A DNA stretch of 64,000 bases from an uncultured delta proteobacterium (GTDB taxonomy: Bacteria > Desulfobacterota > Binatia > Binatales > Binataceae). The DNA is taken from assembly GCA_963793115.1 (NCBI GenBank), contig CAWBYV010000008.1, positions 228,250 through 292,249 on the forward strand. Reading direction: 5' to 3'. Positions 51,409 through 60,609 of the stretch are shown one piece after another. Made by a program: the position numbers and the translations under genes. Position 1 is the stretch's first letter. Each line of letters opens with the position of its first letter. Below the pieces are notes generated by a model. The model was not told the origin of the DNA. It was given only the letters and a program-made list of their open reading frames with translations, and made no database searches.

Positions 51409-51972
51409 ATGGCCGACGCGAAACGTATCAGCGAACTGAGCAAGGGCGAGGCAATTCTGCTCGGCGACACCGCGTTCCTGACCCGGCTCGACAAAGCGAT
51501 CGGGTGGGCGCGGAAGTTCTCGATCTTTCCCTATCCGTTCGCGACCGCGTGCTGCGCGATGGAATATATGGCGCTGGCGGCAACGCCCTACGATATCGAC
51601 CGGTTCGGCGCATTGCTGCCGCGCTTCACGCCGCGCCAGGCGGACCTGCTGATGGTGGTCGGGACTGTTTCGATCCGGCAGGGGCCCATTCTGCGCCGCG
51701 TCTACGATCAGATGGCGGAGCCGAAGTGGGTGATGGCGTTCGGCGCGTGCGCGTTGACCGGCGGCTTTTACGACAACTACGCCACGCTGCCGGGAATCGA
51801 TCGGATCGTTCCCGTCGATGTCTACGTGGCGGGATGCCCGCCGCGTCCGGAAGCGGTGCTCGACGCCCTGATGGCCTTGCAGCGCAAGATCCAGGGGCAG
51901 AAGCAGAAGCTCGGCGCGCTGCAAGAGAAACATCAGGAAGATAAGCGTCAGGCCCCGCTCGGCGCCCGCTAA
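51409..51972 (+). CDS. nuoB: NADH-quinone oxidoreductase subunit B
   Basis: GGAGA RBS then ATG 51409. N2 cluster ligands in canonical positions (ATACCAMEY, GACALTGG, VAGCPPRPE). Confidence 0.85.
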   Translation: MADAKRISELSKGEAILLGDTAFLTRLDKAIGWARKFSIFPYPFATACCAMEYMALAATPYDIDRFGALLPRFTPRQADLLMVVGTVSIRQGPILRRVYDQMAEPKWVMAFGACALTGGFYDNYATLPGIDRIVPVDVYVAGCPPRPEAVLDALMALQRKIQGQKQKLGALQEKHQEDKRQAPLGAR

Positions 51973-51986
51973 TCACCTCATCTTCG

Positions 51987-53294
51987 ATGGAGAAAATCCT
52001 AACCCGCTGGTTGGACATCCCCGACCTGCGCCGGATCGAAGTGTACGAGGCGCACGGCGGCTATAAGGCCTTGCGCAAGGCGCTCACCGAGATGACGCCG
52101 GAGCAGATCGTCAACGAGGTGAAGGCGTCGAATCTGCGCGGGCGTGGCGGCGCCGCGTTCCCAACCGGCGTGAAGTGGGGCTTTATTCCGAAAGACTCGA
52201 AGAAACCCGTTTACATGTGCTGCAACGCCGACGAATCCGAGCCCGGCACGTTCTGCAATCGCTACGAGCTGGAAAACGATCCGCACGGCATAATCGAGGG
52301 AATTCTGATCACCTGCCGCGCGGTGAATGCCCACGTCGCCTACATTTATTTCCGCGGCGAGTTCACCGTGCAGAAGCGCGTCTTCGACGCTGCGCTTGCC
52401 GAGGCGCGCGCTCGCGGCTACGTCGGGCCCGATGTGATGGGCTCGGGATTTGCCGTGGAGATTTACTCCCATCGCGGCGCCGGCGCGTACGTATGCGGTG
52501 AGGAGAGCGCCCTGCTCGAATCGCTGGAGGGCAAGCGCGGCTATCCGCGCAACCGGCCGCCCTTCCCGGCGATCCAGGGGGCGTTCGGATGTCCTACGGT
52601 GGTCAACAATGTCGAGACGATGCACAACGTGCCGCATATCATCGCGCGCGGCGCCGACTGGTATCGCTCGATCGGTCCCGAGAAAAGTCCGGGGCCCAAA
52701 ATTTTCTGCCTGTCGGGCCACGTCAACAAACCCGGAATCTACGAGCTGCCGATGGGCTTTCCGCTCAAGGACCTGATCTATGAAGTCGGCGGCGGAATCC
52801 TGGACGGCCGCAAGCTCAAGGCGGTAATCCCCGGCGGCTCGTCCTTCCCGGTCTTCACGGCGGAAGAAGCCGTCAAGGTCAACATGGACTTCGACTCGGT
52901 GCGCGCCGCGGGCTCCCTAATGGGGACTGCGGGCGTGATGGTAATGCGCGATGGCACCTGCATGGTTGACGTGCTCCGCACGGTCGCGCATTTCTACCAT
53001 CATGAGTCCTGCGGGCAGTGCACGCCGTGCCGCGAAGGCACCGGCTGGATCGAGAAACTGCTCATCGAGCTGGAAGCCGGGCGCGGCCGGATGGAAGATT
53101 TGGACACGCTGATCTCGGTCGCCACCAACATGGAGGGCAACACGATCTGCGTGCTCGCCGACAGCCTCTCGATGCCGGTCAAGAGCTTCGTGCCGAAGTT
53201 CAAGGACGAGTTTATCGAGCACGTCCGGCTCGGCCGGTGCCCGCTGCGCGATCGCAACGGCACGCCGGCGGCGCAGCCGGCCCACGCCGCTTAG
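51987..53294 (+). CDS. nuoF: NADH-quinone oxidoreductase subunit F
   Basis: 435 aa. FMN/NADH site (GRGGAAFPTG), SLBB domain, and 4Fe-4S N3 motif (ESCGQCTPCREG). Confidence 0.9.
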   Translation: MEKILTRWLDIPDLRRIEVYEAHGGYKALRKALTEMTPEQIVNEVKASNLRGRGGAAFPTGVKWGFIPKDSKKPVYMCCNADESEPGTFCNRYELENDPHGIIEGILITCRAVNAHVAYIYFRGEFTVQKRVFDAALAEARARGYVGPDVMGSGFAVEIYSHRGAGAYVCGEESALLESLEGKRGYPRNRPPFPAIQGAFGCPTVVNNVETMHNVPHIIARGADWYRSIGPEKSPGPKIFCLSGHVNKPGIYELPMGFPLKDLIYEVGGGILDGRKLKAVIPGGSSFPVFTAEEAVKVNMDFDSVRAAGSLMGTAGVMVMRDGTCMVDVLRTVAHFYHHESCGQCTPCREGTGWIEKLLIELEAGRGRMEDLDTLISVATNMEGNTICVLADSLSMPVKSFVPKFKDEFIEHVRLGRCPLRDRNGTPAAQPAHAA

Positions 53295-53322
53295 CCATCA
53301 TCACGATGTCCAGAGCAACGCG

Positions 53323-54927
53323 ATGCCTAAAGTAACGATTGACGGCAAACAGCTCGACGCGCCAGACGGGATCAATCTGATCGATGCGGCCGAGCGGGCC
53401 GGCATCGAGGTTCCCCACTACTGCTACCATCCGGGGCTTACGATCGCCGGCAACTGCCGGATGTGCCTGGTCGAAGTCGAAAAGATGCCCAAGCTCCAGA
53501 TCGGGTGCAACACCAGGGTGGCCGAAGGGATGGTGGTGCATACTCGCAGCGATCGCGTGAGGCAGGCGCAGGCCGCGGTGCTCGAATTCCTGCTGATCAA
53601 CCATCCGATCGATTGTCCGGTCTGCGATCAGGCAGGCGAGTGCAAGCTCCAGGACTACTACATGGACTACGACGATCGCCCCTCGCGCTTCCCGCTGGGC
53701 AGGAAGAACCGCAAGGGCAAGGCGATCGATATCGGCTCGGGCGTGATGCTCGACCAGGAGCGTTGCATCCTGTGCGCGCGCTGCACCCGGTTCTTCGACG
53801 AGGTCACGCACACCTCCGAGCTGGCGATCTTCGGACGCGGCGATCGCAACGTGGTAGATACCTATCCAGGCGCGAAAGTCGACAACAAGTACGCTGGCAA
53901 TGTGGTCGATATCTGCCCGGTCGGCGCGCTCACCGAAAAGGATTTCCGCTTCCGGATGCGGGTCTGGTATCTGGATCGTACGCCTTCGATCTGCGGCGGC
54001 TGCGAGCGCGGATGTTCGATCGATATCCATCACCATCGCGGACGCATCTACCGTTTCAAGCCGCGCTACAATGCGGAGGTAAACCGCTACTGGATGTGCG
54101 ACGAGGGGCGGCACGGGTTTCCCGCGCTTCAGGGCGAGAGCCGGCTGGTCGCGCCGCTGGTCCAGGCGAAGGACAGGATGGCGCCCGTAGGATGGACCGC
54201 AGCTATCCGGCGCGCCGCCGAGACCATAACGGAGTGCAGAAATCTCAACGGCGCGGCGTCAATTGGCGCGATCGCGGCGCGCAGGCCACCAACGAGGAAG
54301 CGTTCGCGCTCAAGCGCCTGATCGCGGCTATCGCATCAAACGGATCAAAACACCTCGGCGGGTTTAGCTGGTCGCCGGCCGCGGCCAGCGGCAGCGACAA
54401 TCTGCTGATTCGGGCCAACAAGAATCCGAACAGTGAAGGTCTGCGGGCGTTGGGGCTCCCGGCCGACGGCATCGATCGGCTCGCCGCCGCGGTCGCCTCG
54501 GGCGAGCTCGAAGGTGCTGATCGCGCTCAGGGCCGATTTGGCCGGTGCGCTCGGCGAGGCCGAGTTCGGCCGCCGGTTCGGCGCGCTCGACTATCTGATC
54601 GTGCTCGATACCGACGTGAACGAAACCGCTCAGATGGCCAACCAGGTGCTGCCGATTGGCGCGTACCCGGAGATCGACGGGAGCTTCACCAATTTCCAGG
54701 GGCGCGTGCAGCGCATCCGGCGCGCCTTCGATCCTCCCGGCGAGGCGCTGGCGGCGACCGAGGTGATCGCGCGGCTCGGTCACGCGATCGACGGCGTTAC
54801 CCGCGCAGGCAAAGCCGAATTGGTCTTCGCCGAGATGGCCGCCGCCGAGCCGGCCTTCCGCGGCCTGTCGATAGACGCGCTCTCGCCGCACGGCACGATG
54901 CTGGCGACGACCGGCGCGGCTTCGTAG
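53323..54927 (+). CDS. nuoG: NADH-quinone oxidoreductase subunit G (short form; frame breaks near 54260 and 54520)
   Basis: N-terminal 2Fe-2S (CYHPGLTIAGNCRMC), His-ligated and Cys 4Fe-4S motifs (HPIDCPVCDQAGECKLQD; CILCARCTRF; CPVGAL). Middle and C-terminal segments in ORFs 53463..55265 and 54433..54927. Confidence 0.75.
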
Positions 54928-54940
54928 TCCCCGTCCCCGC

Positions 54941-56101
54941 TCAGCATTTCGCCAGCGCGCGATCCAAATCTTCGATCAAGTCGTCGGTCGATTCGAGTCC
55001 GACCGAGAGCCTGATCAGTCCGTCCGAAATCCCGATTCGGGCGCGATCCTCCGCCGACATCCCCGCATGCGAAGTCTTGGCCGGAAGCACTATCAACGTG
55101 TCGACGCCGCCGAGCGATGGTGCGCAGGTGGGAATCGTTACATCGGCCACGAATCGCTCGGCCGCCGCGACGCCCCCGGCCAGCTCAAAGCTCAACAGTC
55201 CGCCGAAGCCGTCGAACAGTTCGCGTGCGCGCGCGTGCTGCCGATGGGTCTCGAGGCCGGGGTAATTCACGCGCGCGACCTGCCGATGATGCTCCAGGAA
55301 CCGCGCGATCCTGAGCGCGCTCTCGTTCTGATAGCGCACCCTCACCGCGAGCGTCTTGATTCCGCGATGGAGCAGAAAGCAGGCGTGCGGATCGAGCGAG
55401 CCGCCCAGATGATTGAGCTTGAGCGTGATGCCGCGCACCAGGTCCGCGCGGCCGATCACGGCGCCCGCCACGATGTCGTCGTGGCCGTTTAGGTACTTTG
55501 TGGCGCTGTGAATCGAAAGGTCGAAGCCGATTTCGGACGGGCGAAAATTCACCGGGCTCGCGCAGGTGTTGTCGATTATCGAAACCAGTCTCTGTGCCCT
55601 CGCGAACTGCACCGCCGCTTTTAGGTCCGCGACTTCGAGCAACGGGTTGGAGATCGCCTCGACATAAATCGCGCGGGTGTTGGGGCGGAGTTGCCCGCGC
55701 CAGCTCGCGGGATTGTCGCCGTCGATCGAGTCGAACGCGATGCCGAGCGCGGGAAAGTCGTCGGTGAGCAGGTTATGGGTGCCTCCGTACAGGCCGTTTT
55801 GCGCCAGCAGATGGTCGCCCGATTTGAGCACCGTCAGCAGCGTAGCCGATATCGCGGCCATCCCGCTCGCCGCGACCAGCGCGGCTTGTGCGTTCTCGAT
55901 CGCGGCGAGCTTCTGATGCAGCGCCGTGTGATTGGGCGTGTTGTTCATCCGGATGTACTTCAGCTCGTGGTAAGACGCCTGCCCGCTATATTCGAACGTC
56001 GAGGACTGGAAAATCGGCATGCTCACCGCGCCGCCGATCCGCGGCTCCGGCTCGCCTGCATGGATTAGTCTGGTCTCGAGTCCCTTGACGATTTTTTCCA
56101 T
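54941..56101 (-). CDS. Cys/Met-metabolism PLP-dependent enzyme (cystathionine gamma-synthase/beta-lyase/methionine gamma-lyase family)
   Basis: 386 aa. PLP-lysine motif region (SIHSATKYLNGHDD), family N-terminus (TRLIHAG..). Confidence 0.8.
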   Translation of the reverse strand: MEKIVKGLETRLIHAGEPEPRIGGAVSMPIFQSSTFEYSGQASYHELKYIRMNNTPNHTALHQKLAAIENAQAALVAASGMAAISATLLTVLKSGDHLLAQNGLYGGTHNLLTDDFPALGIAFDSIDGDNPASWRGQLRPNTRAIYVEAISNPLLEVADLKAAVQFARAQRLVSIIDNTCASPVNFRPSEIGFDLSIHSATKYLNGHDDIVAGAVIGRADLVRGITLKLNHLGGSLDPHACFLLHRGIKTLAVRVRYQNESALRIARFLEHHRQVARVNYPGLETHRQHARARELFDGFGGLLSFELAGGVAAAERFVADVTIPTCAPSLGGVDTLIVLPAKTSHAGMSAEDRARIGISDGLIRLSVGLESTDDLIEDLDRALAKC

Positions 56102-56324
56102 GACGCGTGTTTCTCCTGAAAAATCTTCCGCGATGGGCGGATCCTATGTCGCCCGGCCACGCCGCGCCATGAAATCCCTTCTTGAATGCGGCGCGATGTG
56201 TTAGCAAATTGGCAACGCTCGCGGCGTGCACGCCAGATCGGCGCGCGGCTCAGCCCTCGCCCATAACTTTCCGCTGCCACGGGCGTTATCAGGTAAAGGG
56301 GAGTCTCAGACGGAGAAACTATAG

Positions 56325-57378
56325 ATGGCAACGCAAGAGAAAATCGCCCAGCCTTCCGCGATGCCGCCATCCCTGGCGCTCTACCAGATGGCGGTCGGAC
56401 ACTATTTCTCGCGGGCGCTCGCACTGGCCACCAAACTGAACGTCGCCGACCTGCTCAAGGACGGCCCCAGACCTCACGGCGAGCTTGCCAGGACCACCGG
56501 GACGCACGCGCCGTCGCTGCAATCGCCTGATGCGCCTGTTGGCGAGCGCGGGCGTCTTCGAGGAGCGCGAGGGCGGCAATTTTGCCTTGACCCCGCTCGG
56601 CGAATGTCTGCGCACCGATGCGCCCGGCTCGATGCGCGCTGCGGTCCTGCTGTTCGCCGGTGAGGGAATGCAGGAGTCGTGGAAGGAACTGGAATATTGC
56701 GTCCGCACCGGCGAGCCCGCGTTTCGCCGCACCTCGCCCGATGCGGATGCGTTCTCGAGCATGGTCAGGAATCCGGAGATGGTGGCGGCTTTCGACGAGG
56801 CGATGGCAACCTTCGCGCCGCTGACTGTGGCCGCGGTCACCGCGTCGTATGACTTCTCGGCCTTCGGCACGCTCGTGGACATAGGCGGGGGCAACGGCGC
56901 GATCCTGATCGGGATCCTGAAGGCGATCCCGAATTTGCGCGGAATCGTATTCGATCGCCCGCAGACCGCCGACAGCGCCAGGAAGAGGATCGCCGCGGCG
57001 GGTCTGGAGTCGCGATGCGAGGCGGCCGGCGGAGACTTCTTCAAGTCCGTCCCGGCCGGTGGCGACGCCTATCTGCTCAAGCACGTCATCCACGACTGGA
57101 ACGATGAACGCGCCGTCACGATTCTCAAGAACTGCCATCGTGCGATGGGCCCGAACAGCAAGCTGCTGATCGTCGAGGGCGTCTACCCGCTGCGAATCGA
57201 TCAATCGGACTTGAGCCGCGGCGCCGCCGCGAACAACGTCAACATGCTGGTCAGCACCGGCGGGCGGCAGCGGTCAGAAGCTGAATTCCGCTCGCTCTAC
57301 GACGCGGCAGGATTCAAACTGACCAGGATTGTCCCGACTCCGGCGCGGGTGTGCGTGATTGAAGGCGCGCGCGCGTAG
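56325..57378 (+). CDS. class I SAM-dependent O-methyltransferase (family-2 OMT with N-terminal dimerisation domain) (frame break near 56510)
   Basis: ORF 56325..56663 has the N-terminal winged-helix dimerisation part. ORF 56485..57378 has the SAM motif LVDIGGGNGA and the catalytic HVIHDWNDE. Confidence 0.7.
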
Positions 57379-57412
57379 GTTACGTTCGCTCGCGCCAAAA
57401 GGAGCAACCGAA

Positions 57413-57904
57413 ATGGCCAAGGACCTCTGGAAAACGCCCCGGGTGGTTCCTTCGCTCGCCTACGAAGACGTGCCGCGCGCAATCGAATGGTTGAGCCGCA
57501 CGTTCGGCTTCCGCGAGCGCGCCGATGCGCGCCTTACCGGGCATGGATTCGTGCGCGCCTGGATGGAGGTGGGCGACGGGCTGATCACGCTCGCGACCTC
57601 CGGAGGCCACGGCGTGCAAAGCCCCAAGAGCATTGGCAAGACGACGCAATCGGTGAAGGTGTACGTCAACGACATCGATCGGCACTTCGAGCGGGCGAAA
57701 GCCGCTGGCGTAACGATCATCTCGGAGCTGGAAGACGGCTTCTGGGGCGGCCGCATCTATCGGGCGAGAGACCACGAGGGCCATCAGTGGGAATTCTCGC
57801 AGATCGATCGGGAATGGGCTGCGCAGGAGTGGAAGCTGCCGCCGGGCATCAAGAGAGGATCGAGCTGGAGCCGGATGGTTCCGCCGCGTGCGATCCGCCG
57901 CTAA
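57413..57904 (+). CDS. VOC-family (glyoxalase-like) protein
   Basis: Start at internal MAKDLW. Two beta-alpha-beta-beta-beta modules (SLAYEDVPRAIEWLSRTFGF.. / VKVYVNDIDRHFERAKAAG..). Confidence 0.6.
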   Translation: MAKDLWKTPRVVPSLAYEDVPRAIEWLSRTFGFRERADARLTGHGFVRAWMEVGDGLITLATSGGHGVQSPKSIGKTTQSVKVYVNDIDRHFERAKAAGVTIISELEDGFWGGRIYRARDHEGHQWEFSQIDREWAAQEWKLPPGIKRGSSWSRMVPPRAIRR

Positions 57905-57979
57905 GCTTGGGAGCGAGGGCGAAAGCGGCGCGATGAAAGCGATCGTAATCGGCGGCGGGATTATCGGAGCTTCGGTCGC

Positions 57980-58360
57980 ATGGCGGTGGAGCAACCTGTG
58001 AAGGCGCTCGGGCTGGTCCGCGACTTGTTCTTCCGCGCGAAGATCGACGCGGTAGCGCGCGCGGCCGGAGCCGGCGTGTCCTATGCTTCGACACTGGATT
58101 CGGCGCTCGCACAATGCGCCGAGGGCTCGTTCGCGATCGCGATAATCTTCGCCGATTTGTCGGACGCGTCGCTCGCCGCTCCCGATACGGTCGCGCGCCT
58201 GCGCGCCGCCGCGCCCCACGCGCGCCTGATCGGGTTTGCCTCGCACCTCGACCTCAAGGCGCTACGCTCGGCGCGCGACGCCGGGTTTGATCAGACGCTC
58301 TCGCGCGAGCAGTTCACGGCCCAACTGCCCGAGTTGCTGTCGTCCGCCCGACCTGCCTGA
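57980..58360 (+). CDS. hypothetical protein with receiver-domain-like (CheY-like) secondary-structure pattern
   Basis: 126 aa, alternating beta/alpha periodicity (LGLVRDLFF.., AIAIIFADL.., LIGFASH..). No canonical phospho-acceptor context confirmed. Confidence 0.3.
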   Translation: MAVEQPVKALGLVRDLFFRAKIDAVARAAGAGVSYASTLDSALAQCAEGSFAIAIIFADLSDASLAAPDTVARLRAAAPHARLIGFASHLDLKALRSARDAGFDQTLSREQFTAQLPELLSSARPA

Positions 58361-58524
58361 CTTTCAGTCGCTTTTCCCTGACCCGTTGGCGGCAGCCTGC
58401 CGCCCGGCGATCGCGCCAAGTTGTGGCTTCAGACCTGGGCTGTAACCTCGGCGCGCGAGCGTCGTCTTAGCTACTGACGCGGTTTGACGCGGTCGGGTAG
58501 AAGGGCCGCAGGAGGTAATTGGTC

Positions 58525-58872
58525 GTGCCTGAAGAAGGATCTCCCACTGGGGGAAGTCACAGCGAAGCGCAAGAGCGACTCGAAAAGCGCCTGGACCGGA
58601 TCGAACTCGAAGTCCTGCGGGAGAATCGATGGTGGCGGGGCGGTTTGATTGCGGCGCTGGTGTTGATGGCGCTGGCGATTCTGGTCGCGGGGCATCATCG
58701 CAGGCGCCACGAAATGGGACCGATGGGTCCGGCGGGGTGGGGGCAAAGGATGCCTTACGGGCAATTCGGCGCATATCCTCCGCCATGGGCTTTCGGCGGT
58801 CGCTGCGGATGCGATGAAGGGCACGGTCGAGGGTTCAGGCCGGGACCCGGACCCGAAGCGGGGCCCAGATAG
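58525..58872 (+). CDS. hypothetical small membrane protein
   Basis: AGGAGG at 58509-58514 then GTG 58525. Charged coiled segment, one TM helix (GGLIAALVLMALAILVAG), Gly/Pro-rich tail. Confidence 0.3.
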   Translation: MPEEGSPTGGSHSEAQERLEKRLDRIELEVLRENRWWRGGLIAALVLMALAILVAGHHRRRHEMGPMGPAGWGQRMPYGQFGAYPPPWAFGGRCGCDEGHGRGFRPGPGPEAGPR

Positions 58873-58892
58873 AGGCAGAATCGAAAAAGAAC

Positions 58893-58928
58893 AGGCTGCC
58901 GGGACTTTCCCGACAGCCTTGGGTTTTG
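58893..58928. terminator. bidirectional rho-independent terminator between convergent genes
   Basis: Hairpin AGGCTGCCGGGA-CTTT-CCCGACAGCCT followed by TGGGTTTTGG. Lies between the stops at 58872 (+) and 58951 (-). Confidence 0.45.
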
Positions 58929-58950
58929 GCGGCCACGCGATGCGGCCGAT

Positions 58951-59523
58951 TCAGTAGATCCACTTATCCTGCTTCTTGTCCCAGCGGAAGATCTCGGTGG
59001 TGTTGGTGACGGTGTCCGGCTTGGGCGTCGCGTGGCGCGCTTCATCGAGCGTCTTGCCTTCCAGCCGATACTCGAATTCCTGGTAGTACAATTTGCCCAC
59101 CGGGATACCTTTGGACGACTGCTTGCACGTGCAGCTCTGGATACTGCCGTAGCCGGTGTAGGTCGAGGTCTCGAGTCCGTTGCTGTCCTTCCAGTTGAGG
59201 TGCGCGATATTATTGCGCTCGCGATCCCTCAGCTTTGACTCCCAATCGTGGCAGAAGGTGGGGAATTCCTTCTCCGCTTTTGCGAACAGCCGGTCTCCGA
59301 ACATTCGCGGCGCAATCTTCGCCAGCGCCGCCTTCACGCGATGGACGGTCGATCCGTCCGCCGACTTCGCCGCCGCTGGAGTGGCGGCGGCGTCCGGTTG
59401 AGCGGGAGCGGCCCGGTAAACCGCGGCGGCGTCAGGCTGCGCCTCAGCGCACCAGGCGGCGGTTGCAGCGGACAGCAGCGCGGCGGAAGCGAACGCTAAC
59501 GCAGTTGTAACTATCGGGCGCAT
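58951..59523 (-). CDS. hypothetical secreted protein
   Basis: Signal peptide MRPIVTTALAFASAALLSAATAAWCA. 190 aa with Ala/Pro-rich linker then a conserved-looking C-terminal domain with Cys pairs. Confidence 0.4.
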   Translation of the reverse strand: MRPIVTTALAFASAALLSAATAAWCAEAQPDAAAVYRAAPAQPDAAATPAAAKSADGSTVHRVKAALAKIAPRMFGDRLFAKAEKEFPTFCHDWESKLRDRERNNIAHLNWKDSNGLETSTYTGYGSIQSCTCKQSSKGIPVGKLYYQEFEYRLEGKTLDEARHATPKPDTVTNTTEIFRWDKKQDKWIY

Positions 59524-59617
59524 ATATTAACTTATCGCATACCTCCGCACGCGATCCAAGCCGCAATTTTTCGCCGTCGTTGCTGTCCCGCAACTTCGTT
59601 CGCGAGGACCCTTCAGC

Positions 59618-60328
59618 TCATTCCGGCACCAGCTCCACGCGCCGGTTCTGCGCGCGTCCTTCGTCGGTATCATTGGTGGCCACGAAGTTGGTCTTGCCGA
59701 ATCCCTTCGCAACCATCCGGCTGGCAGCGAGGCCCTTGCCTTCCAGGTACTTGGCGACCGCCGCTGCGCGCCGTTCCGACAGCTTCTGGTTGTACTCGTC
59801 ACTCCCAATCCAGTCGCAGTATCCGTCAACGTCGATCGTCACGTCAGCATGCGACTTGAGAGTCTCGGCGGCTTCGTCGAGCACCGGCTCGTCCTCGGGA
59901 CGGATGTCCGATTTGTTGAAGTCGAAGTGAACGCCTCTAAGCACCAGCTTTTCCAGGGCGCGCGGCGCCGGCGGCGGCGGTGGTGGCGGCGGCGGTGGCG
60001 GAGCTTGTGCGACCTGCGGCGGCGGTGGTGGCGGCGGCTTGATTGGATCGCAGATGAAATGGCCCGTCACGGCTCCGAGAATCGCGCCGATAGCGGCGCC
60101 GGAGCCGCCCCATACGGCCCGCTCGGTATTGCCGGTGCCCTTTCCGTGCGTGTTGTCGTCGATCACGATGCCCGAGGCGGCGCCGGCAGCCGCGCCGGCC
60201 ACCGCTCCGAGCCCTGCGCACTGGCCCCATTCCCTCGGTTGCCCCATCTGCGCGCATCCCGCGACCATCGCCAGGCAGCCGACGAGGCCGGCAAACGCCG
60301 CCGAAGACAATCCACTCCTGTGCCTCAT
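59618..60328 (-). CDS. OmpA-family peptidoglycan-associated lipoprotein with poly-proline linker
   Basis: Lipoprotein signal (LVGCLAMVAGC). Linker of more than 20 prolines encoded by a (GGC/GGT)n tract at 59940-60040. C-terminal OmpA_C motif (FDFNKSDIRPEDEPVLDEAAETLK.., NRRVE). Confidence 0.75.
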   Translation of the reverse strand: MRHRSGLSSAAFAGLVGCLAMVAGCAQMGQPREWGQCAGLGAVAGAAAGAASGIVIDDNTHGKGTGNTERAVWGGSGAAIGAILGAVTGHFICDPIKPPPPPPPQVAQAPPPPPPPPPPPAPRALEKLVLRGVHFDFNKSDIRPEDEPVLDEAAETLKSHADVTIDVDGYCDWIGSDEYNQKLSERRAAAVAKYLEGKGLAASRMVAKGFGKTNFVATNDTDEGRAQNRRVELVPE

Positions 60329-60609
60329 GAAATCCTCCCTCCCCTAGAAAGTTCCGGGCTAAACCGGTAGCGATTTCTGTCCAAGCCCCCGGCGCCTCGC
60401 CAAGAGCGAGGCGCTGGCACTTTATTCCACAAAACGCGGCGATCGAAAAGGGGGGCCGAAAAGCTCTGTTTCCCGGAGAAAGACACCGGAACGCCGCCAC
60501 AGGGCGGTGTCTCCCGGTCTCCCCCGACCATACCGACCATACTGGGGCAGCCTAAACCGGTCTGAACCGAGGTTCAAGACTTGCGGTTCAATCTTGCTAA
60601 TATGCGATC

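Noticed and set aside
53463-55265. 600-aa + strand ORF overlapping nuoG and the downstream PLP-enzyme gene
   Set aside because: Only a short middle segment (..ALKRLIAAIASNGSKHLGGFSWSPAAASGSDNLLIRANKNPNSEGLRALGLPADGIDRLAAAVASGEL..) is colinear with NuoG. The remainder is Arg-rich out-of-frame translation and antisense to the Cys/Met PLP enzyme.
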